A stretch of 64,000 nt of DNA from Nitrospira sp. (GTDB taxonomy: Bacteria; Nitrospirota; Nitrospiria; Nitrospirales; Nitrospiraceae). Under the pieces are notes generated by a model. The model was given only the letters and a program-made list of their open reading frames with translations, did not search any database and was not told the DNA's origin. Positions 56,234-64,000 of the stretch are shown one piece after another (positions within the stretch are counted from its first letter, which is position 1; each line of letters begins with the position of its first letter). A program made the position numbers and the translations under genes. The DNA lies in assembly GCA_047150005.1 (NCBI GenBank), contig AP038806.1, positions 192,001 to 256,000 of the forward strand, written 5' to 3'.

Positions 56234-56930
56234 CGGAGAGGGTTCGGCCCTCTCGCCGGGGGTCGCACACATTCCCCTGCTCAATATCCTGTCCGACACG
56301 GACCGCCTGCGCATGCTTGGCGAACTGTCCGAAGCCCGCTACGGCAAGGACGATTACATCTTCCGCGAAGGCGATCCGACCGAATATTTCCATATCGTCA
56401 AGGAAGGCGTCGTCAAATGCGTCAAGTCGTCGGCCGACGGCAAGGAATGCACGTTGAAAATGCTGATGCCCGGAGACCTGTTCTGCTGCGACGCTGCCGC
56501 CTTTGACGGAGCCTGCCATCCCGGTACCGCACAACCGATGGGCAACGTGAGCGTCCTCCGCATGAGGAAGACCGCGTATTTCGATCTGCTCCGGCGCAGT
56601 CCGGCAGCCGCGCTCGAAGTCATCAAGTATCTGGGGGCGCGGCTGAACGAAGCGCAGGAGAAAGCCAAGCTGCTCGCGTTGGATCGGACTGATCAACGCC
56701 TGGCGGCCCTGCTGCTCGACCTGGCCGAACGCAGCGGCGTCCAGGACCCGCAGGGCATCAGACTCGCCGTGCGGGTCACCCGCCAGGACATGGCCGACAT
56801 GATCGGCACCACGACCGAGACGGCCATCCGCATCATGAGCCGCTTCAAGAAGGACCGCCTGGTGTCTGGCACCGCCAACCGGCTGGTCATCCGCGATCTT
56901 GCCCGCCTCAAAGCGTTCGCATCGTCCTGA
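56202..56930 (+). CDS. Crp/Fnr family regulator, Cys-rich
   Basis: IFREGDP, cNMP-binding fold, TRQDMADMIGTTTETAIRIMSRF HTH; AGGAG 9 nt before TTG 56202. Confidence 0.88.
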   Translation: MSKRPNKSSSSGEGSALSPGVAHIPLLNILSDTDRLRMLGELSEARYGKDDYIFREGDPTEYFHIVKEGVVKCVKSSADGKECTLKMLMPGDLFCCDAAAFDGACHPGTAQPMGNVSVLRMRKTAYFDLLRRSPAAALEVIKYLGARLNEAQEKAKLLALDRTDQRLAALLLDLAERSGVQDPQGIRLAVRVTRQDMADMIGTTTETAIRIMSRFKKDRLVSGTANRLVIRDLARLKAFASS

Positions 56931-56956
56931 TTTCGGCGCATCAGACGGGTTTTTTC

Positions 56957-56982
56957 AAAAATATGACGTATGTCATGTTTTT
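56957..56982. promoter_or_regulatory. Crp/Fnr-type palindrome upstream of nirK
   Basis: AAAAAT-ATGAC-GTAT-GTCAT-GTTTTT; candidate -10 TATCCT at 57000-57005. Confidence 0.68.
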
Positions 56983-57067
56983 ATTCCGGCCTCCTTCGGT
57001 ATCCTACCGGCACATTTCGACTCATCACCCCGCACTGAATGTCATCGCCAAGAAGGAGGCAGTACAG

Positions 57068-58054
57068 ATGAAAGTCCGTCGTTCCCGCTCGCTCCTGACC
57101 CTTGCCGGGTTCGGAGCCTGTTTTCTGGTTTCTCTATCGTTCGATGCAACTGAGGTCCGCGCCAAAACACACGAGGTGGCAATGACGGCGGTCGAAACCG
57201 ATGTCGTCATCGACGGCAGCGGCGAGAAGTACGCCGCCTGGACGTTCAACGGCACGATGCCGGGGCCGGTCGTCCGCGTGACCGAAGGCGATACGATCAA
57301 GTTCACGCTGACCAACCCCGCCGAGAACAAGAACCCGCACGCGATGGATTTTCACGCAGCCGAGATCGACTTTCTGAAAAACTATCGGGCCGTCAACGCC
57401 GGCGAAACCATCACCTTCACCTTCGTCGCCAAAAAGCCCGGCGTGTTCTTCTATCATTGCGGCGCGCCGCCGATGATCCAGCACATCGCCCGCGGCATGT
57501 TCGGCGCGATCATCGTGGACCCGCAAAATGCCAAGGCCTGGCCCAAGGCCGATCGTGAATATGTGTTGATCCAATCGGAGTATTTCAAGAACCCAGGCGA
57601 CGTCCAGACGATGTTCGACCGGAAATACGACGGGATGATGTTCAACGGAGGCATCTTCAAGTACCATCCCTTCGTCACGGGTGGAGGAAAACTGGACGCA
57701 AAGCCCGGGGAGCGTGTACGCGTCTACTTCGTCAATGCCGGACCGAACGAGTTTTCTTCGTTCCACCCGATCGGCGAGATCTGGGACAACGTCTATGAGA
57801 GCGGCAATCCGGCCAACAAGCTCACCGGTGTTCAAACCTATGTGGTGGGACCGGGAAGCGCCGCGACCTTCGATGTGGTCGTCGAATCCGCCGGCGCGTA
57901 CCCATTGGTCACCCATTCCCTGACGGGTGCGCTCCGCGGGGCCATTGCGGTATTGGTGGCATCCCCCGATGCCAAACCTCAGCCGCTCATGCCGATGGTG
58001 CCCTGGAAGATCACGACACCTCAAACCGAAATCACTCCGGTTCCGGTGCCATAG
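57068..58054 (+). CDS. nirK: Copper-containing nitrite reductase
   Basis: PHAMDFH, YHCGAPPMIQHIARGM, SSFHPIGE, YPLVTHS supply type 1/2 Cu ligands and catalytic Asp/His; SD AAGGAGG; signal peptide. Confidence 0.9.
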   Translation: MKVRRSRSLLTLAGFGACFLVSLSFDATEVRAKTHEVAMTAVETDVVIDGSGEKYAAWTFNGTMPGPVVRVTEGDTIKFTLTNPAENKNPHAMDFHAAEIDFLKNYRAVNAGETITFTFVAKKPGVFFYHCGAPPMIQHIARGMFGAIIVDPQNAKAWPKADREYVLIQSEYFKNPGDVQTMFDRKYDGMMFNGGIFKYHPFVTGGGKLDAKPGERVRVYFVNAGPNEFSSFHPIGEIWDNVYESGNPANKLTGVQTYVVGPGSAATFDVVVESAGAYPLVTHSLTGALRGAIAVLVASPDAKPQPLMPMVPWKITTPQTEITPVPVP

Positions 58055-58063
58055 CGGGACGAC

Positions 58064-58098
58064 AGGGCCGGCCGGCTCTTCCTGAGTCGGTCGGCCCT
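58064..58098 (+). terminator. 15-bp stem-loop after nirK
   Basis: AGGGCCGGCCGGCTC-TTCCT-GAGTCGGTCGGCCCT with two G-U pairs; no U-tract. Confidence 0.55.
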
Positions 58099-58132
58099 CC
58101 TATCGGGCATGGCGCTCCGGCCGTAGACTCTC

Positions 58133-58528
58133 ATGCGTCTCAGGTCTGCACTCGTCATCGTTCTACTCATCGGCGCCGGCGGAATCACGAGCGACCCGTC
58201 TCATCCCGCCTTGGCGCACTCATCGTTTGAACGCGTCGCCCTTCAACTCAACGGTCCCTCGTGTCATGGGCAACACGCAAACCTCCATTCCGCTCTGTCG
58301 GCCGTGCCGGGAGTCCGGAGCGTCGATCTCTCATCGGTTCCCGATCACGCATTGGTCGATATTGACACGCGCGTGCTCAGCCTTCACCATCTGCTCACAA
58401 TCGTCGCTCAGGCTCTGATCCGATCCGAATGTCAGGCCGAACCGATGCAGTCATGCATTTCGGCGGCGAGCCAGGCGGAAACCACCCGGCTCCACGTTTC
58501 CACCGGCAAGCCGAGCCGTTCACCTTGA
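58133..58528 (+). CDS. Exported HMA-like domain protein
   Basis: Signal peptide; LQLNGPSCHG...ALSAVPGVRSVDL ferredoxin-like HMA pattern. Confidence 0.65.
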   Translation: MRLRSALVIVLLIGAGGITSDPSHPALAHSSFERVALQLNGPSCHGQHANLHSALSAVPGVRSVDLSSVPDHALVDIDTRVLSLHHLLTIVAQALIRSECQAEPMQSCISAASQAETTRLHVSTGKPSRSP

Positions 58529-58538
58529 CAGAATTGCC

Positions 58539-59168
58539 ATGCCGAAACTTGGACTGCAGTCCCTGTTACGCGGCATCATCCATCCCGCATCGGTTGTTCT
58601 TGTCATTTCCCTGCTCGCTACGCTCCCGGCTGTGGCCCAGGACGCGGTCCTGGAGTTGTTCCCCATCCGGCCCGTGAATTTCGACGTAGCCCTGCGCCAA
58701 CAGAGCTTCGCACCGAGCGATCGTGAAATCACGCTGCAAGCGGGCGTGACGGCACTCCGGTACGGCGATGGAGAACTCCGGCTGATGTATCAATACTTCA
58801 GCATCCACACGGAAGATTTCGAAACCGACCAGCATTCCTTATTCGTCAACCCTCGCTGGAACAACATCTTTGATCTGTTCGATTTCCCGAAATCCAAGCC
58901 GCTGAGCCGCATCCTGCGTCACCTGTTTTTCGGCCCTCTGGAGGATCGAGCCGTCCCCTATATCGGCGCGTTGCTCGGCGGCGTCTTGTCGGTTCAGGGC
59001 GCCTCCTCGCCCGGTCTCTTGTACGGCGGCCAGGCCGGTGTGCGTTTTCCCGTTGCCCGCGGAATCTCGCTCGACCTGAGTCTCCAATTCACGCAGTATC
59101 AAGTCACCTTTCAAGGGCAACAGGGGGAATCACAGCAATGGCTGTTCCTGACGGGCGTGCGGTACTGA
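58539..59168 (+). CDS. Putative small outer-membrane beta-barrel protein
   Basis: Signal peptide; amphipathic strands (VPYIGA, GGQAGVRF); terminal WLFLTGVRY. Confidence 0.6.
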   Translation: MPKLGLQSLLRGIIHPASVVLVISLLATLPAVAQDAVLELFPIRPVNFDVALRQQSFAPSDREITLQAGVTALRYGDGELRLMYQYFSIHTEDFETDQHSLFVNPRWNNIFDLFDFPKSKPLSRILRHLFFGPLEDRAVPYIGALLGGVLSVQGASSPGLLYGGQAGVRFPVARGISLDLSLQFTQYQVTFQGQQGESQQWLFLTGVRY

Positions 59169-60190
59169 CGCGCATCCTGCGTATCACCCCCACCGCGTCT
59201 CGTGTGTCTCTCGTGTGTCTCTTCGCCACGCTGGTGCAGGGGTGCGGCTTAGTGTTCGACGCGATCGAAATGATTCATCCCCTGACGGCCAACGAACTCG
59301 ACCGGATCTGCCGGCGACAGCAGGTCCAAGTCGGCATGGCCGTCGAGCCGTTTCGGCCCTTCGTCTTTCCCGCCGTATGGACCGACGAGGGAGCCAGGGT
59401 CACCGGGCTTGACGCCGAGTTGATTCGATCCATCACCGACGCACTGACCGCTCATTGTGGGGCGCCGGTCGTTCCGGTGTTGCACCTGATTCGATTTCGT
59501 GATTTGTTCCTGTTGTTGAACGAAGGGCAATTGGATTTCTTCGTATCCGCCGTGGCGCCAGGAATCCCCTCGCCGGCGCGAGCCGGGTTCGCCTATTCGA
59601 GTCCGTACTTTTTCCACGGAGGGATCGGCGCAATCGTCAAACGGCAGGACGTCGTCGAACAGATTCAGTCCCGATTGAAAGCCGATGGAAACGCGCACGA
59701 GCGGCTCCTCGACGGACTGACCATGGCAGTCCAGGAGAGCACCGCCGCACATCTCTATGCCGAGGCCAATTTGAAACCGGTTCGGTTGATCGTGTGTGAT
59801 TCTCTCCCCGCTGCGTTTGAACAAGCCGATTCAGCCACGGGCCAGCCGATCGATGTCGTGCTGGGAGAGCAACCCGTGCTGGCGTTCACGGTCAAAACCA
59901 CACGGCGGGACTGGCGGCTGGTGACCAGAGAGGAGAACAAGCCGCTGCGGTTTACGCAAGCGGACTACAGTATCGTCCTGGCAGAGGAAAGCTACAAGCT
60001 GCGGTGGTTCATCAATCAGGTCATCTTTCAACTGACGGAATCCGGTCGACTTCAGATGATGAGGCAACGGTGGCTCGAAGACACGTATGCCTATCCGCGC
60101 CGTGCCTCGACCGAGGGATTACCGTTCGACGTTCCGAGCATGGTTGCGCACTATGATCAAGGCACGTGCCGCGAGAGCAAGACGCGGTGA
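59138..60190 (+). CDS. Family-3 substrate-binding-domain lipoprotein
   Basis: Lipobox VQGC; PFRPF, VTGLDAELI, FAYSSPYF, final RQRWL helix. Start uncertain. Confidence 0.75.
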   Translation: MAVPDGRAVLTRILRITPTASRVSLVCLFATLVQGCGLVFDAIEMIHPLTANELDRICRRQQVQVGMAVEPFRPFVFPAVWTDEGARVTGLDAELIRSITDALTAHCGAPVVPVLHLIRFRDLFLLLNEGQLDFFVSAVAPGIPSPARAGFAYSSPYFFHGGIGAIVKRQDVVEQIQSRLKADGNAHERLLDGLTMAVQESTAAHLYAEANLKPVRLIVCDSLPAAFEQADSATGQPIDVVLGEQPVLAFTVKTTRRDWRLVTREENKPLRFTQADYSIVLAEESYKLRWFINQVIFQLTESGRLQMMRQRWLEDTYAYPRRASTEGLPFDVPSMVAHYDQGTCRESKTR

Positions 60191-60204
60191 GAGAGGAGGT
60201 TCCC

Positions 60205-60975
60205 ATGCGCCTACACTTGTGTCCATGGCTCTGCCTGCTGATGGTGGCGCTCGCACCGATCTCCGCACCGGCCTCGCCGCCTGAGCAGCTCCGCGCCGAG
60301 GCGGAGGAAACCGCCCGGCTCCTGGCGAAACTGCTCCAGTCCGGCCGGCTCGTGATCGAACACCATCAGACCGTCATCGATGATCCTCACCGAGGTGACA
60401 AGGGGTTTACACCCGAGTTCTTCGAACAGCAGCTTCGCGAGGAATTCCGACAACGGACCGGGATCGACCTCGCGTCCCTCTCGCAGAAACCTGCGACATT
60501 CGGCGTGCCGCCACTGGCGCGTGAACTTCTCCCGGCCTTGATTGAAGCCAGCAAGGAAGTCGTCCGTGATGCGCAGGTTGTGATCAACCAGCGCGGCATC
60601 GGCTACAAAAATTTCATTCCCGCGACCTACGGCAGTCAGGCGGCGGCTCGCTTCTCCAAACGGTCTCATGTGCAGCTCAAGCAAACCGCCGTTCAACCGC
60701 GCAATCCGAAAAATGAAGCGGATGAGTATGAATCGTCGGTCTTGCGCTGGTTATCCGGCAGACCGAACGGCGAGGCCTACGTCAGTGAATTGACCGAGTC
60801 GGGCACAACCCTTCGGGTCATGATGCCGATTTACTATCTGCGGGAGTGCCTGGCATGCCATGGCGAACCGAAAGGAGAATGGGACATCTCCGGCTATCCA
60901 AGAGAAGGGGCCCGAGAAGGAGATTTGGCCGGCGCCATCAGCGTACGTATACCGCTCAACCCGAAATTGCCCTGA
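60205..60975 (+). CDS. DUF3365/Tll0287-like exported heme c protein
   Basis: SD GAGGAGG; PRNPKNEADEYE, LRVMMPIY, CLACH, GDLAGAISV. Confidence 0.82.
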   Translation: MRLHLCPWLCLLMVALAPISAPASPPEQLRAEAEETARLLAKLLQSGRLVIEHHQTVIDDPHRGDKGFTPEFFEQQLREEFRQRTGIDLASLSQKPATFGVPPLARELLPALIEASKEVVRDAQVVINQRGIGYKNFIPATYGSQAAARFSKRSHVQLKQTAVQPRNPKNEADEYESSVLRWLSGRPNGEAYVSELTESGTTLRVMMPIYYLRECLACHGEPKGEWDISGYPREGAREGDLAGAISVRIPLNPKLP

Positions 60976-61120
60976 ACGTACGGCAGACCGTGTCCTGATT
61001 CGCGAGCACATCCGGATACGCCGCCGGCTCATCCTGCGGCGTGCGGCCGATCGTATTCTGCATCAGTCCCCCGGCCGCAGACTCAACAGTCACAAGGCCG
61101 TCCGGATCGGCCGGATCACC

Positions 61121-61426
61121 TCAATAAATCACCGCGGGACGGTTTCCCTTCACCAGCAACAGCAACCGTTCCCGCCGCAACGGCAGATCGGGATCCCGCG
61201 TATAGTGCGAAGGATCCGCGGCCACCTCCACCTTGCTGAGAGGAATCGACAACTGCTGTCGCATGTGCGGAACGTCGGTGTCCAACGCCAGGGCCACCAG
61301 CTGATCGGTGCAATCCGTCACCTCGGCATTGAGATCTCGCGCGTCATCGAATTGCACGCTGATTCGTTCCTCCGGGTTGATCCACCGGCGGATCACCTCG
61401 GCTTTTTCCAGGTTGCTCATCTTCAT
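61121..61426 (-). CDS. Hypothetical protein
   Basis: 101 aa with host-like codon bias; no motif recognised. Confidence 0.55.
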   Translation of the reverse strand: MKMSNLEKAEVIRRWINPEERISVQFDDARDLNAEVTDCTDQLVALALDTDVPHMRQQLSIPLSKVEVAADPSHYTRDPDLPLRRERLLLLVKGNRPAVIY

Positions 61427-61803
61427 CTTCTACGCCCTCTGCGCTCCTGTCCGCTCAGGCCGCTCGATAACCCTCCGTCATTTTCGCGGCGAGGGGTATG
61501 CCTGCCTAGGGTTTCGGAGAGACTACCCGCGCCGGCCAATACCCTATCGACAACTGTGTGGCACAGTCCATACCACCAACGGGGAACTACGGCATTTCAA
61601 GGTGATCGTGGTCTCGCCCCAATTCCACGATCAGCTTGCGCGAACTGAAGGCCTAGTGTTGAACGACAACCCTGAGCGATATCGCACGCACCGCACGCAT
61701 TGACTCCACTCATGCTTCACACTCTTATGCGCCACGCTCCTCTTCCCTGTTCGGATTTCGGAGAAAACCAGAGATAGCCCGCCCAGATGTGCGGAAACCG
61801 ACG

Positions 61804-61819
61804 TGGCCCCGAAGTTGCT
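61804..61819 (+). promoter_or_regulatory. Sigma54 (-24/-12) promoter candidate
   Basis: TGGCCCCGAAGTTGCT = GG-N10-GC, about 55 nt before the FNT start. Confidence 0.65.
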
Positions 61820-61872
61820 CTGCTCGTGATCGACATCCGCGCAACTCACTTTCCTATCTCGAACGGAGCAGG

Positions 61873-62745
61873 ATGATGGACTATGTGAAGCCGCACGACG
61901 TCGTCAAGGATATGGTCAGTACGGGCGCGCTGAAACTGGATGTGCCGGCTTCGCATCTCGTGATCCGCGGCGCCCTGGCCGGAGCCTACCTCGGGATCGC
62001 CACCAGCATGGCCGTCACGGCGGCGGTGGAGACCGGCAGTTGGCTGGTGGGGTCGCTGTTGTTCCCGATCGGCCTGTGCATCGCAATCCTGCTGCGGACC
62101 GAGATCATCACCGGCAGCTTTGCCTTGCTGCCCTGCGCGACGGCGGCGGGGAAGGCGAATGCTTGCGTCAGCCGGGTGCTCATCAACTGGGGTTGGGTAT
62201 TTCTCGGCAATCTGCTCGGCAGCCTCCTCTATGCCGCCATGTTGGCCATCGTGCTGACGACCGCGGGAGACGCCGGACTCTCGGCGACCGGCACCAAACT
62301 GATCGCCATCGCGGAGGCCAAGACCAACTACTACGCCTCCCACGGCTCGGCGGGCATGGTGACCGTATTCACGAAGGCCGTGCTGTGCAATTGGATGGTG
62401 AGCCTCGCCGTCGTCTTCGCGTTTGCGACGACCTCGTTGTCCGGAAAGATCCTGGCCATCTGGGGACCCACCCTGCTCTTCTTCTCACAAGGCTTCGAAC
62501 ATGCGGTCGTCAACATGTTCGTCATTCCGGTCGGCATGTTGTTGGGCGCGCACGTCACGCTGGCGGACTGGTGGATCTGGAACCAAATTCCCGTCACCCT
62601 CGGCAACCTGGTCGGCGGGATGGTGTTCACCGGCTTGGCCATCTATTTCACACACCGGACTCCGGTTGCGGTCACGGCCGCGCCGGTGATGGCGGAATCC
62701 GCAGCCGCTTCCGATCATGGGCGCGGATATTCTCCGTCATTCTAA
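61873..62745 (+). CDS. Formate/nitrite transporter (FNT) family channel
   Basis: LAGAYLG, LFPIGL, EIITGSF, VFLGNLLG, AVLCNWMV, GFEHAVVNM, VTLGNLVGG. Confidence 0.92.
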   Translation: MMDYVKPHDVVKDMVSTGALKLDVPASHLVIRGALAGAYLGIATSMAVTAAVETGSWLVGSLLFPIGLCIAILLRTEIITGSFALLPCATAAGKANACVSRVLINWGWVFLGNLLGSLLYAAMLAIVLTTAGDAGLSATGTKLIAIAEAKTNYYASHGSAGMVTVFTKAVLCNWMVSLAVVFAFATTSLSGKILAIWGPTLLFFSQGFEHAVVNMFVIPVGMLLGAHVTLADWWIWNQIPVTLGNLVGGMVFTGLAIYFTHRTPVAVTAAPVMAESAAASDHGRGYSPSF

Positions 62746-62764
62746 TGAGACAGGAGACGTTCCG

Positions 62765-64000
62765 ATGAATCACGCGCCGCTCGCCGCCGAATCTCGCGTC
62801 GCGCGACTGCGAGGGTGGCCGTTCATCCTGTTCAACATCGTCTCCGGCCTCGCGCACATGGTCGTGCTGTTCAACGCCGGCTCCTATGTGGCACTCCTTC
62901 CTCATGCAGCGGGCGATCTCGGAGGTGTGCTTCCCAGCTTCGGTACCTGGGCCCAGACGGATTTCATGATCGCGCTGGCGCTGGCGTTTCCGATCGCCCG
63001 ATGGCTCGCGTCCCGCTTCGGCGAGGTGCGGGTCTTCGTCTGGGCCTTCGTGGTCTATGCCGCCGCATCCGCGCTGTGCTCCATCGACGCCACCATCCCC
63101 ACGTTCGTCGCGGCCCGAATCCTCTTAGGACTGGCCGGCGGGCTCACCATTCCATTGGGTCAATCGCTGCTGCTCCAGGAATATCCGGACCGGCTCAAGT
63201 CGATGGGCCTGGCAATCTGGGGTCTGTTCACCTTGATGCCCTTCACCTTGGGACTCGCCACCGGCGGATGGATCGCGGACGAATGGGGGTGGCGAAGCCT
63301 GTTCTACCTCAATATCCCGCTCGCCCTTGCCGTCGCCGGGTTCACGGCGGCCCTGCTGCATCAGAGAACGTTCGAGACCCGCTCGGAGCCGTTCGACTTC
63401 GTGGGATTTCTCCTGTTGGCCGTAATCCTGGGAGGCCTCCAGACCATCCTGAACGAAGGCAACGACTTCGACTGGTTCGACGACCCGCTTCTACGGATCG
63501 TGCTGATGGTCGTGCTGGCCGCGATTCCAATCTGGATCGTCTGGGAACTCGGCGAACGCCGCCCGGCCGTCGATCTGCGGCTGTTCACACATCGGAATTT
63601 CGCCGTCGGCGTCCTGTGCCTCGCGCTGGGGTTCCTGTCTATTCAGGGACTACTGGCACTGTTCGTCGTCCAGTTGCAAGTGCTCATGGGATACTCGTCG
63701 ACCCTCGCCGGTCTGGTGTTTGTGCCCATGATTCTCCTGGGCATTCCGATGATTGCCGTCGTGCATGAAATCGCCAAGCACGTGGACGTCAGGCTGCTGG
63801 CCAGTCTCAACGCCCTCGGGTTCGCGGCCACCTATTATTGGATCGGCCTGTTCGACGATCCCCAATCCTTCGATCAGATCTTTTGGCCCATGATGCTGCA
63901 GGGCATCTTTCTCGGCTCGTTCTTTACTCCCTTGACGGTGCTGACACTGCATGGCCTGTCCGGCGAGCAGATGCTACGGGCTGCCGAAGCGGCGAACATC
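62765..64000 (+). CDS. EmrB/QacA (DHA2) MFS efflux subunit, truncated by the window end
   Basis: Not in the ORF track. SD AGGAG; MNHAPLAAESR...GTWAQTDFMIALALAFPIARWL..RFGEVR, WRSLFYLNIP, GNDFDWF, DLRLF. Confidence 0.88.
   Translation, partial: MNHAPLAAESRVARLRGWPFILFNIVSGLAHMVVLFNAGSYVALLPHAAGDLGGVLPSFGTWAQTDFMIALALAFPIARWLASRFGEVRVFVWAFVVYAAASALCSIDATIPTFVAARILLGLAGGLTIPLGQSLLLQEYPDRLKSMGLAIWGLFTLMPFTLGLATGGWIADEWGWRSLFYLNIPLALAVAGFTAALLHQRTFETRSEPFDFVGFLLLAVILGGLQTILNEGNDFDWFDDPLLRIVLMVVLAAIPIWIVWELGERRPAVDLRLFTHRNFAVGVLCLALGFLSIQGLLALFVVQLQVLMGYSSTLAGLVFVPMILLGIPMIAVVHEIAKHVDVRLLASLNALGFAATYYWIGLFDDPQSFDQIFWPMMLQGIFLGSFFTPLTVLTLHGLSGEQMLRAAEAANI

Noticed and set aside
61500..61560. CTAGGGTTTCGG resembling the guanidine-I (ykkC) riboswitch 5' motif
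   Set aside because: Downstream GGTCCGAG and AAAAGCCCGG elements are not visible; an Rfam covariance search would settle it.
62815..63768. 317-aa plus-strand ORF
   Set aside because: Arg-rich off-frame overlap of the EmrB-type gene starting at 62765.
1..64000. CRISPR array or cas genes
   Set aside because: No regularly spaced 23-47 bp repeats or Cas motifs seen; the duplicated 34-bp motif has only two copies 536 bp apart.

Overview
64 kb of a GC-rich bacterial chromosome. Gene content (Cu-nitrite reductase with a Crp/Fnr regulator, formate/nitrite channel, ppdK, acs, c-type cytochromes) and the intergenic repeats suggest a Nitrospira-like organism; this is an inference, not a database result. 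From left to right: (1) the 5' part of an AT-richer exopolysaccharide/nucleotide-sugar operon on the minus strand, led by a NusG-paralog antiterminator, an orphan IS3-OrfA-like HTH gene and wzc, with a divergent atypical LuxR response regulator; (2) tRNA-Phe followed by a small degenerate integrative element (integrase with one in-frame TGA, excisionase, RHH protein, hicB-hicA); (3) RNA methyltransferases, a ThDP decarboxylase, a two-pathway glucosylglycerate operon and proC; (4) an lpoB lipoprotein operon ending in a VapBC-like pair, a secreted caspase-fold/TPR protein lacking its catalytic Cys, and acs; (5) an AT-richer cassette divergent from an OxyR-like LysR gene; (6) glyQ-glyS-ppdK-ribD-hydrolase-hypothetical-MFS-small ORF-MITE-ribE; (7) Rrf2, then tkt overlapping a Cys-rich Crp/Fnr gene, nirK and four envelope genes; (8) a sigma54-type promoter ahead of a formate/nitrite transporter and a truncated EmrB-type pump. 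No CRISPR array or rRNA was seen. Best candidates for undescribed systems: the nirK regulatory/accessory module, the coupled genes between ribD and ribE, the IS-derived HTH gene in the EPS operon, and the LysR cassette. Product calls come from motif recognition by eye, and several starts were moved from the ORF track.
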